From Candidatus Fraserbacteria bacterium (GTDB lineage Bacteria; Bipolaricaulota; Bipolaricaulia; RBG-16-55-9): 45,278 nucleotides of DNA. Shown here piece by piece: positions 8,895-19,209 of this stretch. Positions within the stretch are counted from its first letter, which is position 1, and every line of letters starts with the position of its first letter. Where the stretch lies: NCBI GenBank assembly GCA_037442925.1, contig JBBIPG010000013.1:1-45278 (forward strand), read 5' to 3'. A program made the position numbers and the translations under genes. Under the pieces are notes generated by a model. The model ran no database searches, was not told the origin of the DNA, and worked only from the letters and a program-made list of their open reading frames with translations.

Positions 8895-10654
8895 GTATCA
8901 TCCTCAGATTTCTCCCTCTTTACGGAGAGGTACAAGGTGATGGGGAAGCGGCGGTCTTTCCCGAAGGCTCGCGGGGTGACTTTAAGACCTATGGGGGCTT
9001 GGCGCCGCTTGTATTCGCTTTGGTTGACAAGATGGGCTACGCGTTGGACGACCTCTTTGGGAAAACCGCGCTGTACGATCTCTTCTATGCTGCAATCCTC
9101 TTCCACATACGCCTTGAGAATGGGATCGAGCATGCGATAGGGAGCAGGGAGATCGTCCTCGTCCTTCTGGCAGGGGCGCAGTTCCGCTGTGGGAGCTTTC
9201 TGGAAGACCCGCCTGGGGATGACTGGGTTTTTGGCATTGCGCCATTCTGCCAGCTCATAGACGAGTGTCTTGGGGATGTCTTTGAGGACAGCCAGACCGC
9301 CCGCCATGTCTCCGTAGAGGGTGGCATACCCCACGCTGAACTCGCTCTTGTTGCCTGTAGCCAGTACCAACCAGCCGAACTTATTGGAAAGCGCCATGAG
9401 CAACATCCCACGGATACGCGCTTGAAGGTTTTCTTCTGTCTTATCCGGTGCTTTCTTGTTGAAGACGGAAGCCAGCGTCTTAAGAGAGCTTGTGAAAATA
9501 TCATCGATGGGGAGTTCTATGAGACGGATGCCGAGATTCTCTGCGAGTTTCTCGGCGTCTTCGCGGCTCTCTTTCGATGAGATATGCGAGGGCATGAAGA
9601 CGCCAATCACATTTTTTCTGTCCAAGGCGTCCACGGCGAGGCAAGCGACCAGGGCGGAGTCGATGCCGCCGGAGAGGCCGATAGCCACGCGCTCGAAGCC
9701 GTTCTTCCGCACGTAATCGCGTATGCCGATCACCAGCGCGCGATAGACGGCTTCGACAGTCGAATAGCTGGGTTCAATTCGCGGTTTGGGAGAGGGAGAA
9801 CTCTTTGGAGCCGCTAGAGAACGCGGCAGAAGGATCTCTGGAGTAGCGAATGTGTGGAGGTCTTGTGGACGATAGGCGAAGCGCCATCGTGGTTCTTGGA
9901 GGCGGCGACTCAGGATGTGAGACACATCCACATCCACGAGGAGCAAATCTTCTTCAAAAGATCTGGCGCGTGCGAGGAGCTTTCCGCTGGCATCCCAGAC
10001 GCCGCTTGAGCCATCGAAGATGAGTTCATCCTGAGCTCCTACCAAGTTGCAGAAGGCCAGAATGACTTCATAGTCTCGGGCGCGGGTAGAGGGCATGGAC
10101 TCGCGTTCCGAGCCTCTTCCCGTATGGAACGGAGAAGCCGAGAGGTTGACGATGATATCCGTCTGCCCTTGGATCGCCTCGATCTCAATGGGGCCAAGGG
10201 GATGCCAGATATCTTCACAGATGGTAACTCCCAGCCGCAGGGTGCCATCTGTGAAGATGGGAAATTCTCTGCCGGGCTGGAAGTAGCGATACTCGTCGAA
10301 GACACTGTAGTTGGGGAGCATGGCCTTGCGGTACGTGCCTGCCCATTGACCATCCGAGAGGACGGCGGCAGCGTTATAGAGATCGTGATCGCGATCCACG
10401 AAACCCACGACGACGGTGAGTCCCTTGCTTTTGGGAATCAGTTTCTTGAGATGGCTGAGATTGGCTTGGATGAAGCTGGGCTGAAGTAACAGGTCTTCGG
10501 GAGGGTATCCGGTGAGGGTGAGCTCAGGAAAGAGCAGCAAATCGACTTGTTCCGCGCGTGCTCGTTTGATGTAGTCTGTGGTCGCCTTGAGGTTGCCCTC
10601 AAGATCCCCGACGGTGACGTTGAGCTGAGCCAGTCCGAGCCTGAGTGAGCCCAT
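8891..10654 (-). CDS. nadE: Glutamine-dependent NAD+ synthetase
   Basis: Nitrilase-fold N-domain (FPEL..TGYPPEDL, LPNYSVFDE, ICEDIW) plus GLSGGIDS, ENLQARIRG, TGNKSE and PTAELR. Start placed at ATG 10654. Confidence 0.96.
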   Translation of the reverse strand: MGSLRLGLAQLNVTVGDLEGNLKATTDYIKRARAEQVDLLLFPELTLTGYPPEDLLLQPSFIQANLSHLKKLIPKSKGLTVVVGFVDRDHDLYNAAAVLSDGQWAGTYRKAMLPNYSVFDEYRYFQPGREFPIFTDGTLRLGVTICEDIWHPLGPIEIEAIQGQTDIIVNLSASPFHTGRGSERESMPSTRARDYEVILAFCNLVGAQDELIFDGSSGVWDASGKLLARARSFEEDLLLVDVDVSHILSRRLQEPRWRFAYRPQDLHTFATPEILLPRSLAAPKSSPSPKPRIEPSYSTVEAVYRALVIGIRDYVRKNGFERVAIGLSGGIDSALVACLAVDALDRKNVIGVFMPSHISSKESREDAEKLAENLGIRLIELPIDDIFTSSLKTLASVFNKKAPDKTEENLQARIRGMLLMALSNKFGWLVLATGNKSEFSVGYATLYGDMAGGLAVLKDIPKTLVYELAEWRNAKNPVIPRRVFQKAPTAELRPCQKDEDDLPAPYRMLDPILKAYVEEDCSIEEIVQRGFPKEVVQRVAHLVNQSEYKRRQAPIGLKVTPRAFGKDRRFPITLYLSVKREKSEDDT

Positions 10655-10670
10655 CGTTGTCCCTATTCTA

Positions 10671-12254
10671 TCAGATCGTCTCTTTGGAGTCAGGTATGCC
10701 AAATCCTCCGCCTCCGGGCGTGCGGAGGCTCACGATGTCTCCTGCTCTAAGTTGCACTGTTCCCTTGCACGGGAGTGGGGTCTCGCGGCCATGACGGATG
10801 AGAACATCTTGGCCCACCGCTCCCGGTGCGCCACCCGCTAGCCCATAGGGCTGTACGTTCCTGCGATCCGCAAGGAGCGAAAATGTTGCGTTCGAGAGCA
10901 CGCGAATATCCCGGCGCAGGCCATTTCCACCACGATGCTTTCCCAACCCTCCGCTCTTCTCACGGATCTCGTAGCGCTCCACACGCACGGGGTAGAACGT
11001 CTCCAGCACCTCAACGGGCGTATTGAGTGTATTTGTCATATGCGAGTGGATCGCATCGATGCCCGGTTTGGTAGAACGAGCCCCGAAGCCGCCAGCCAGC
11101 GTCTCATAAAATGTGAATGGCACTCCCGTGCGAGGGTCGATCCCGCCCAACGTGATGTTATTCATGGTCCCCTGGGAGGCGGCTATCGCTTTATCGGGAC
11201 AAGCTGGCGCTAGAGCTCGAATGAGCACATCCACAATGCGCTGAGAAGTCTCTAAATTACCTCCGACTACGGCTGCTGGAGGGCGAGCGTTGACGATCGT
11301 CCCCTCGGGAGCAGTGATTTCAATAGGGCGATAGCAGCCCTCATTAGGCGGGATGGTGGGATCTGTCAGGCAACGCACTGTGTAGTAGACAGCGGAGGCC
11401 GTTACGGCATAGACGGCATTGAGTGGCCCTTCGACCTGCGGCGCGCTCTCTGCGAAATCTACTATGATCTCATCCGGGCGCACGCGGATCTTCGCGCGAA
11501 TCGGGATTCTCTTATGCCCTCGACCATCGTCATCGAGATGGTCCTCGGCGCTGTAGAAACCCGATGGGATCTTTGCGATCTCTGTGCGCATCCGGCGCTC
11601 CGAGTATGCTAGTAACTCATCCATCGCCTTGTTGAGGGTCTTCCAACTGTTGCGTTCGATGATCTCGACGAAGCGCCGTCGGCCTATCTCATTGGCAGCG
11701 AATTGAGCCCGGAGATCTCCCTCACGCTCGGTGGGTGTGCGCACGTTTGCGAGTATAAGCTGAAACGCCTCGTCATTGAGTTGGCCGCGCTTCCAGAGTC
11801 GGATGGGGGGAATCCGCACTCCCTCTTGATAGATCTCGGTGGCATCTGCGGCGATGCTGCCGGGGGTCATGCCTCCGATGTCGGCGTGATGGGCGCGGTT
11901 GGCAGCAAACGCTCTCAATCTCTCGCCTTGAAAGATGGGCGTGATCAGTGTGATATCCGGCAGGTGCGCTCCACCGGCGAACGGGTCATTGAGCGCGATC
12001 ACGTCACCGGGCTCGATTGTCTGGAGTTTTGTCAGAGCCGCCGCCACAGAGAAGGGCATCGCTCCCAGATGCACGGGAATGCTTTCAGACTGCACTACCA
12101 TGTGCCCTTTCGCATCAAAGAGGGCGGTAGAACAATCGCGTCGTTCGCGAATGTTGGGGCTTAAGGCCGTGCGGAGGAGAGCGGCGAGCATCTCCTCCGC
12201 AATGCCTGTGAGCGCATGGCGCAGGATTTCCAGTTGAATGGGGCTGATCTTCAT
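10671..12254 (-). CDS. Hydantoinase B / 5-oxoprolinase subunit
   Basis: SPNIRERRDCS, IPVHLGAM, NDPFAGGAHLPD, HHADIGG and TPGGGGFG motifs. Confidence 0.92.
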   Translation of the reverse strand: MKISPIQLEILRHALTGIAEEMLAALLRTALSPNIRERRDCSTALFDAKGHMVVQSESIPVHLGAMPFSVAAALTKLQTIEPGDVIALNDPFAGGAHLPDITLITPIFQGERLRAFAANRAHHADIGGMTPGSIAADATEIYQEGVRIPPIRLWKRGQLNDEAFQLILANVRTPTEREGDLRAQFAANEIGRRRFVEIIERNSWKTLNKAMDELLAYSERRMRTEIAKIPSGFYSAEDHLDDDGRGHKRIPIRAKIRVRPDEIIVDFAESAPQVEGPLNAVYAVTASAVYYTVRCLTDPTIPPNEGCYRPIEITAPEGTIVNARPPAAVVGGNLETSQRIVDVLIRALAPACPDKAIAASQGTMNNITLGGIDPRTGVPFTFYETLAGGFGARSTKPGIDAIHSHMTNTLNTPVEVLETFYPVRVERYEIREKSGGLGKHRGGNGLRRDIRVLSNATFSLLADRRNVQPYGLAGGAPGAVGQDVLIRHGRETPLPCKGTVQLRAGDIVSLRTPGGGGFGIPDSKETI

Positions 12255-13603
12255 GTGCCGTCTATGGCATACACTTCACCGTTGTTGTTCCCGATGACGA
12301 TCTCCAGCAACCCATCGCCATCGATGTCGGCGAGGGTCGGTGAGGAGAAGAAGATGTTGGCGGCGGGCGGAGTATACGTCCACTCCACGCGGAGCCGCTG
12401 TTGACCGGGTACGACTTCGAGCGAATACAGCTTACCATCGTGAGAACCGACCACGACTTCGAGCTTGCCATCGCTGTCGATGTCGCCCAGAGTGGGCGAG
12501 GACTCGATGAAATTTCCCGCTTCGTGGATGTATTTAATTCGCGCGTTCCCTTGAGCATCTCCCTGGCCGTCGAAGACGTAGAGCTTCTTCGCGTTGGTGC
12601 CGATGACAACTTCAGTCTTGCCATCCCCATCGATATCTCCAAGAGCGGGGGAAGAGATGACGCGTTGATCCTCTCCGAGATTGAAAAACCATTTACGTGT
12701 GCCGTCGGAGCCCCGCAAGGCATAGACTCCTTTAGGCTTATCTCCTGAGATGAAGCCTTGTCCAAAGACAACTTCGATCTCGCCGTCTCCATCGATGTCA
12801 CCCAGAGCAGGCGAGGACTCAACTTGGTTGCCTGCGTAGAATTTCCACTTGAGAGCTCCGTTGAGCCCGGCTAGCGCATAGACGGTGTTGTCATAGGAAC
12901 CCACGATGACTTCTAGGTGGCCGTCGTCATCGATATCACCCACAGCGGCGGAGGAGAAGTTGGTGGTCATCAAAGTATAGCTCCACTTCGAGCGGCGGTT
13001 GCGCGCATCGAGGGCGTAGATCTGATTCGATGCGATAATAATTTCCAGCTGACCGTCTCCGTCGATGTCGGCCAGCGTCGGAGAAGCCCGCACGTTACTG
13101 AGCGTGCGGAATCGCCACTTCTCTTCACCGCGGACTCCATCGAGCACATAGACGTTCTTGTCGTCCGAGCCGACCACGACTTCCAGGCGCCCGTCGCCGT
13201 CGACGTCTCCGATGGCCGGTGAGGACCAGATGAGTTTTTCGGTTTGGAAGCTCCATTTGGGCGTTGTGCTCGTCCCTTGCATTGAGCCATCGGTTGCGTA
13301 GACGGCACCGTCAAAAGAGCTGATGACGACTTCGATCTTCCCATCTCTGTCGATGTCACCCACAGCCGCCGAGGGTTCTACGGCTCCACGCGTGCCGAAG
13401 CGCCACTTTATATTGGGGCCTCGGATCTTGCCCAGTCTCTCTGTGCGTCCCGTGTGCTGTAGATCCCGACGGAACATGGGCCATTCGCTGGTCTGATTAG
13501 CAGTCGTGACGGCCATGGCAGGTGACTGATGAGGCAGGCCGGGGCTCAAAACCACGGCGAGCGAGAGGATACCCATCTGCTTGAGTAAATCGCGTCGAGT
13601 CAT
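12251..13603 (-). CDS. Tat-exported FG-GAP/PQQ-like beta-propeller repeat protein
   Basis: MTRRDLLKQ twin-arginine signal after SD AAGGGAG; WPMFRRD motif; about 8 repeats of SSP(A/T)xGDIDGDGxLE(V/I)VVG. Confidence 0.82.
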   Translation of the reverse strand: MTRRDLLKQMGILSLAVVLSPGLPHQSPAMAVTTANQTSEWPMFRRDLQHTGRTERLGKIRGPNIKWRFGTRGAVEPSAAVGDIDRDGKIEVVISSFDGAVYATDGSMQGTSTTPKWSFQTEKLIWSSPAIGDVDGDGRLEVVVGSDDKNVYVLDGVRGEEKWRFRTLSNVRASPTLADIDGDGQLEIIIASNQIYALDARNRRSKWSYTLMTTNFSSAAVGDIDDDGHLEVIVGSYDNTVYALAGLNGALKWKFYAGNQVESSPALGDIDGDGEIEVVFGQGFISGDKPKGVYALRGSDGTRKWFFNLGEDQRVISSPALGDIDGDGKTEVVIGTNAKKLYVFDGQGDAQGNARIKYIHEAGNFIESSPTLGDIDSDGKLEVVVGSHDGKLYSLEVVPGQQRLRVEWTYTPPAANIFFSSPTLADIDGDGLLEIVIGNNNGEVYAIDGT

Positions 13604-13758
13604 GCGTTCTAGCTCCCTTTTCGTGAACTCACACAACGACTTAGTATACGCGGTTATGTGGTTCAAGGTCGAATCGTCTCACCGGCAGTTTACGAGCCTT
13701 ATGTACGGACTGGGGAGCTATTTTGTTTCGTCCAGCCCCGAATGGGCTCATCGCAATT

Positions 13759-15021
13759 TCACGGCGTGCCTTCGCACCAAGCCTTCACAACATCGCTGGG
13801 TTGCCAAGGTAGACCAAACCCCTCTAAATCCCAAGTAACATAATCTGCCTCAAGATTCTCACGCACAACGTTGCCAATACACTGCATCGCCGCAATGTCC
13901 ATTTGCTCTGGATCAAGGAAGGGGATTGCTAGGCCATAACGATTAGCCCAGACGACGTTCTCCTGTACTTGCACCTCAGGCAAGACCGGCGTTTGATTGT
14001 CGACAGGAAGGGGGCGAGGGGTAAAAAGCAGAATGCCCTCTTCGCGATTGTGCGCGATCGAATTACCAAGCAGGGTGAACTTGCCTGGTGATGATGTGAC
14101 AGTGCCGACAATGAAAACGCCCGTCTTGTTCTCCTTGATCAGATTCACGACCAGATTCGCTTGACCTCCTGAGATGAAAAGCCCAACGTAATTCTCAACG
14201 ACAGCGCTATCTGTGAGCTTCATGTCGGCCTCATTTGCTACCAGACCGTAATGTTGATTGCGTTGGATGCGGCTGTTTTGGATGTCGACAGTTCGCGTCT
14301 TATGTAACGATATGCCGATGTTGTTCTCTTCAATGGTGCTTTGGGTAATCAGTGCTGCTGTTGCGCCTTGTGGAGTACCGGTTTCACTGAAATCTGGTTC
14401 ATTCCTGTGGAGCTGGAGTCCGACCTCGTTATGCCTCAGTGTTACACTAGAGAGGATGAGCGTTCCTGAAGTCCCAAGTGCTGACATGCCAGCTCGTCCT
14501 CCGAACATAGTGGTTCGATGGATCAATCCGTAAAGAGTCCCCAAGAGTTGGATGCCATCCCCAAGGTATGAGGCTTGGATCTCAAGTCCTTCTACAGCGA
14601 ACAGCATTCGACCGGGGTCTTTGGAAAGGGTCCCAACAGCTAGAAGAGTTGGTGTTGATCGAGCTGGGTCTGAACGAAGGTGCACTTGCCCTGGTTCTTC
14701 TGCTTGTAGCCAAATGGATTTTCCGACGATGAGGACGTTTTCTTGATATGTTCCAGAGGCGATGCGAACACGTGGCAGTCGGGCAGGTTCGTACCATACG
14801 GATGGTATCCATTGGGTGGTGGGAGCGGCTACGACTGCTTCCTGAATTGTGCGGAACTGACAGGCCGGCGGACCTTCCGGGCAGACGGTCAAATCTACTA
14901 GAGGCTCCAGCACATAGAACTCTTGGAGGGTAGGAATGTCCTGCCCCCAAGCGGTCAGAAGTATCCAACTGATGAGCAATCCTAGTAATTTGCTATATCG
15001 CCGGAACCGCCTGCCTGACAT
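13759..15021 (-). CDS. Secreted right-handed parallel beta-helix (pectin-lyase-fold / NosD-like) protein
   Basis: Signal peptide, TIQEAV...GTYQENV motif and repeated I..N..G(I/L) turns. Confidence 0.75.
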   Translation of the reverse strand: MSGRRFRRYSKLLGLLISWILLTAWGQDIPTLQEFYVLEPLVDLTVCPEGPPACQFRTIQEAVVAAPTTQWIPSVWYEPARLPRVRIASGTYQENVLIVGKSIWLQAEEPGQVHLRSDPARSTPTLLAVGTLSKDPGRMLFAVEGLEIQASYLGDGIQLLGTLYGLIHRTTMFGGRAGMSALGTSGTLILSSVTLRHNEVGLQLHRNEPDFSETGTPQGATAALITQSTIEENNIGISLHKTRTVDIQNSRIQRNQHYGLVANEADMKLTDSAVVENYVGLFISGGQANLVVNLIKENKTGVFIVGTVTSSPGKFTLLGNSIAHNREEGILLFTPRPLPVDNQTPVLPEVQVQENVVWANRYGLAIPFLDPEQMDIAAMQCIGNVVRENLEADYVTWDLEGFGLPWQPSDVVKAWCEGTP

Positions 15022-15030
15022 AGCGAAAGA

Positions 15031-15060
15031 ATTATAACGAACCTAAGCTCTAATGGGCAA
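15031..15060 (-). promoter_or_regulatory. Putative promoter giving a near-leaderless transcript
   Basis: TTGCCC-N18-TATAAT-N9-ATG(15021) with no SD. Confidence 0.5.
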
Positions 15061-15143
15061 CACAACGGCGCTGAGTTCACAACTTGCAACTACCGTTGCC
15101 TATCAGCTTAAATTAAAGAGAGGCCACAAGGGAGGGAAAGCTC

Positions 15144-17078
15144 ATGAGGGACTTCCCTGTAGTGATGATGCTCAGCCTCTTAGGTCTACTGGTGGCAGGA
15201 GCTGACGAACTTAAACAAGGTGTGGAGACCGATCAGAGTTCTTGTACCCGCGTGATCGAAACTGGGCAATCTGTTCAAGAGGCCATCGACAGCGCCTATG
15301 TCGGTGACGTGCTCTGCCTTGGAGCTGGGATATTCCATGAGAACATCCAGATCGTGAAGGATCTGACCTTGCGGGGGTCCGGTCAGAGCGCAACTCTCCT
15401 TAAGGGTCGGCGAGCGAACTACCCTATTGGGATCATCGGAGGAGAGGCCAAAGTTACACTGGAGAAGCTCACCATGACTAGCGCTCAGGGGAACTGTGTA
15501 GCCCGTTTCGTCTGTGCCCATGGCTTGCTCGTACAGGGAAACGCTCAGGTTACCCTGATCAGTGTTCGCATCTCTAACAATAGGCAAGCAGGACTACTCT
15601 TATGGGGCACCTCTTGGACTGCTCCGCAGGTAGCGATCACAGATTCGGAGATCACGGATAACCGCACAAACGGAATTCAGTTGTTAGGCAGAGCGCGCTT
15701 GCAACTCATACGCTCGCAGATCGCTCGTAGCCGCTTTGAAGCCATCCAAGCTCGTGATCAGTCTCATGTCACCGTGTTGGAGTCTTCTATTTCGAACAAC
15801 GAAGTCGATGGCATTTCCATGTGGGATCAGTCAACCCTGGAGCTACAATCCTCACAAGTTGTGCAGAATCGTAGCGGTATTATCATTCGAGATGGCGTGA
15901 AGGCCGTCATTCGCCATGGCCAGATCTCTGACCATCGTGGACGATATAACCAAGGGTTCGGCATACTGGCCTACAGTGACGAATCACCTTCGAACACTGG
16001 CACGCTCGTGATCGAAGATAGCTCCATCACCGGCAACAGGGAGGGTGGTCTTGTTGTCCGCCGAGGAGCATCCGTAACACTGACCAACACACGTATCATC
16101 GGCAACCACGCCTGTGGTGTCGAGGTAGATGCATCAGCAGAAGTGCAAGGGCAGGCGAATGAAATCCAAAGTAACGGAGCAGACTTATGCGGTTACGCTC
16201 CCTCCCGCATCCGTACACCTCTGGCTCCTCCGACGGATCGTCAAGAGTTGCGGGTTCCGGAAGACTATGCCACCATTCAGCAAGCGGTCGATGCAGCTCC
16301 AGCTGGAGCCATGATTCGGATCGGAGCCGGCAGTTACGTCGGAGGGCTGACCCTTTGGAAACCTGTGACTCTTCGGGGATCCGGTTCTGAGCAATCTCAG
16401 ATCCAAGCCTCAGAAGACGGTCAACCTGCTATCTCAATCATTGCTGAGGCCTATGGTGTGCAACTGATCGGCTTAGCGATCCAAGGGAGTCGTTGGGATG
16501 GCATCGAGGTCTATGGTGAAGCGGTGCTGCAAGACTGTAAACTCACCCAGCATGGCAGAGCAGGTCTCACCACTCAGGGTACGGCCAGGGTTTCGATTCG
16601 CCGATGTCAGCTTTCACAGAACAACTTCGGCCTCTCTGTGTCTGGTGATACGAGAGTAGAATTCATCGAATCGGAAGCTTCCGAGAATAAGTACGAGGGC
16701 GTGAGCGTTGGAAGTCTTACTGGAAACCCGCAAGTGGTCATCCGTAAGGCACGCATCTTTAAGAACATCTGGACTGGGATCGAGATAGCCGGCAATTCGC
16801 TGGCACGAGTGGAAGAGACGGAGGTGGCCTCCAATGGAAACGGCATCTCCGTATCCGGGACAGCGGAACTTCTAAACAACACCGTTCATGGCAATCAGGG
16901 TTCCCCTTTTGGTCACAAAGGTTACGGGATCTTAGCTGAGGAAGAGAGCCTTCCGATTTGCTCAGGCAACCGGGTGTATGGTAACACCATAGACTTCAAC
17001 GAGGCAGCGGCGAAAGCTTGCCAACGAGTTGGTCTACCAGATGCCTCATCTGCGCAAGGTCGAGCCGATACCGATTGA
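15144..17078 (+). CDS. Secreted protein with two tandem right-handed beta-helix modules
   Basis: Two module starts (SVQEAIDSA..GD.L.L.AG and VPEDYATIQQAVDAA..GA.I.I.AG) with Asn-ladder repeats; RBS AAGGGAGGG. Confidence 0.8.
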   Translation: MRDFPVVMMLSLLGLLVAGADELKQGVETDQSSCTRVIETGQSVQEAIDSAYVGDVLCLGAGIFHENIQIVKDLTLRGSGQSATLLKGRRANYPIGIIGGEAKVTLEKLTMTSAQGNCVARFVCAHGLLVQGNAQVTLISVRISNNRQAGLLLWGTSWTAPQVAITDSEITDNRTNGIQLLGRARLQLIRSQIARSRFEAIQARDQSHVTVLESSISNNEVDGISMWDQSTLELQSSQVVQNRSGIIIRDGVKAVIRHGQISDHRGRYNQGFGILAYSDESPSNTGTLVIEDSSITGNREGGLVVRRGASVTLTNTRIIGNHACGVEVDASAEVQGQANEIQSNGADLCGYAPSRIRTPLAPPTDRQELRVPEDYATIQQAVDAAPAGAMIRIGAGSYVGGLTLWKPVTLRGSGSEQSQIQASEDGQPAISIIAEAYGVQLIGLAIQGSRWDGIEVYGEAVLQDCKLTQHGRAGLTTQGTARVSIRRCQLSQNNFGLSVSGDTRVEFIESEASENKYEGVSVGSLTGNPQVVIRKARIFKNIWTGIEIAGNSLARVEETEVASNGNGISVSGTAELLNNTVHGNQGSPFGHKGYGILAEEESLPICSGNRVYGNTIDFNEAAAKACQRVGLPDASSAQGRADTD

Positions 17079-17107
17079 GATTCGTCTTTCCTCCTTTGTG
17101 CCCTAGT

Positions 17108-19126
17108 TTAGCGTTCCAGAATCACGTTCCCAAGAGCATCGACGTAAGCTTGCCAACCTGGAGGCAGTAACACCGTCGATTCGCGACCTTCGATGACGGC
17201 AGGCCCCCTCAATTCCACACCCGCTTGCAGTCCCTCCCGCACGAAGATCGGACATTTCAACGCGCCTGCGCCTGCGAAGTGTACTAAGCGTTGAGTACGC
17301 TCTTTGGGGCGTTTACGTGGACGCTCCTTTCGTCTAGGAAGTTTCGGTTTAGGGGTCTTTGCCATCGCTTCCAGCCGTAGGCTCACGATCTCCGTGGGGT
17401 GTCCTGTCAAAGAGTAGCCGTAAAGACGGTGATGTTCTCTGTGAAAGCGCTCTTCGATCTTCGCGAGTTCGCCCTGGGAAATGAAAGAAGGAAGTTCCAG
17501 GGCAAGCTCATACGCTTGACCTCGGTATCGCAATTCCATCCAGCGTCGATGCTCGATCTCTGCAACGGTAGAAGATTTCAGGCTCTGCTCTGCCTTACGC
17601 TGGAGTTGCTTACAAACTCTTCGAATGTCAGCAGGATGCACTTCCGTCGTCGGCCGCAGAAGGGACTGCACGCCGTCCTGTCGGAGATCGGCAACGAGCA
17701 TGCCCAAGGCCGAAAGCACTCCAGCTGTCGCTGGAATCAGCACTTTTCTAGTCCCTAAGCGTTGGGCAAGCGTCGCGGCGTGTAGCGGTCCTGCCCCGCC
17801 GAAGGCGAGCAGCGTATAATCTTGTGGATTGTAACCTCGCTCCACCGTGATCACGCGCACCGCACGTTCCATGTGGGCATCCGCGATCTCCAACATGCCC
17901 AGAGCCGCTTCTTCCAAGCTCATCTTCAGAGGAACGGCAATCTTTCTCTGAATCATCTGCTGCGCTCTCGTTAGATTGAGCTTGCGCCCGCCGAGCACGC
18001 TCTCAGGATCCAAGCGACCGAGCACCAGATGGGCATCCGTGACTGTAGGCTCCTCTCCTACTCCATAGCAGGCCGGACCAGGCTCAGAACCGGCACTTTG
18101 CGGACCAACTCGTAAAGCACCTCCCGCATCGATCCACGCGATGCTTCCCCCTCCGGCACCGATGGAGTGAACATTCACCATGGGAACGCGCACACGATAG
18201 CCTGCCAGCTCGCTTTCCACCCTTTGCGAGACTCGTCCACTTGTGATGAGTGAGACATCGCAGCTTGTGCCCCCCATGTCGAGTGTGATAACGTTCTCAA
18301 AACCTGCCAGCTCTGCAATGAACTGCGAGCCGGCCACACCGCCTGCGGGACCTGAGTAGAGCAAGTGCTCTGCATGTCGGGCGGCGATCCCTGCCTGTAT
18401 CAGGCCGCCATTCGATTGCATGATCTCCAGAGGAGCTTGGGTGCCCAGCTGCGAAATCTTCTGAGCGAGTCGTTCGAGATAAGTGCCTACCACCGGTCGT
18501 AATGCTGCGCTCATCACCGTCGTTGAGGCCCTCTCATATTCGCGATACTCCGGGAGCACTTCTGAAGACAACGTGATGGGAACATTCAGTTCTCGCTGTA
18601 GGAGGGCTTTCACTCGTTGCTCATGGGCTGGATTTAGATACGAGAACAAGAAACAGACAGCGACAGAGGCGACCTCGCGCAATTGGGGAATGAGACTCAA
18701 TACTCGCTCTTCGTTGAGTTCACGCAGTACTTGGCCCTGGGCATCGACCCGTTCAGGGACCTCAAAGCGCAGTGGGCGGGGTACGATGGGCTCCGGGCGG
18801 TCGACGTTGAGATCATAGAGCGTAGGGCGGTTCTGGCGGCCAATTTCCAGCACATCCCGAAAACCCTCTGTGGTGAGAAGCGCGGTCTTCGCCCAGCGAT
18901 GTTCAAGAAGGGCATTGGTCGCTACGGTCGTGCCATGAACGATGCGCGTGAGTTCTTTAAGAGAGATTCCCAGGTGCGTTTCCATAGCTCTTAGGCCGGC
19001 GAGCACGCCTTCTTCCGGTGGGTGTGTCGTGGGGATCTTAATAAACTCCAATCTTCTTGAGTCAGAGTCATAGATGACAAAGTCGGTGAACGTTCCACCC
19101 ACGTCGATGCCGATCTGTAGGCCCAT
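17108..19126 (-). CDS. Hydantoinase A / 5-oxoprolinase ATP-binding subunit
   Basis: IGIDVGGTFTD, HGTTVATNA, SGPAGG, DMGGTSCDVS and GAGGGSIA motifs. Confidence 0.93.
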   Translation of the reverse strand: MGLQIGIDVGGTFTDFVIYDSDSRRLEFIKIPTTHPPEEGVLAGLRAMETHLGISLKELTRIVHGTTVATNALLEHRWAKTALLTTEGFRDVLEIGRQNRPTLYDLNVDRPEPIVPRPLRFEVPERVDAQGQVLRELNEERVLSLIPQLREVASVAVCFLFSYLNPAHEQRVKALLQRELNVPITLSSEVLPEYREYERASTTVMSAALRPVVGTYLERLAQKISQLGTQAPLEIMQSNGGLIQAGIAARHAEHLLYSGPAGGVAGSQFIAELAGFENVITLDMGGTSCDVSLITSGRVSQRVESELAGYRVRVPMVNVHSIGAGGGSIAWIDAGGALRVGPQSAGSEPGPACYGVGEEPTVTDAHLVLGRLDPESVLGGRKLNLTRAQQMIQRKIAVPLKMSLEEAALGMLEIADAHMERAVRVITVERGYNPQDYTLLAFGGAGPLHAATLAQRLGTRKVLIPATAGVLSALGMLVADLRQDGVQSLLRPTTEVHPADIRRVCKQLQRKAEQSLKSSTVAEIEHRRWMELRYRGQAYELALELPSFISQGELAKIEERFHREHHRLYGYSLTGHPTEIVSLRLEAMAKTPKPKLPRRKERPRKRPKERTQRLVHFAGAGALKCPIFVREGLQAGVELRGPAVIEGRESTVLLPPGWQAYVDALGNVILER

Positions 19127-19135
19127 GGCAAGAGG

Positions 19136-19165
19136 AGTCTAGCATGCGCTGTCAAAGAGCAGCAA
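19136..19165 (-). promoter_or_regulatory. Putative promoter giving a near-leaderless hydantoinase A transcript
   Basis: TTGCTG-N18-TAGACT-N9-ATG(19126) with no SD. Confidence 0.4.
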
Positions 19166-19209
19166 CTGAATTCTGCATATCTGTATAATGGCAGGAGAGG
19201 TGTGATCCT

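Noticed and set aside
12251..13400. Repeated gtcgatgtc/ccatcgccgtc-like DNA motifs
   Set aside because: Explained by the FG-GAP protein repeats; not an independent DNA repeat array.
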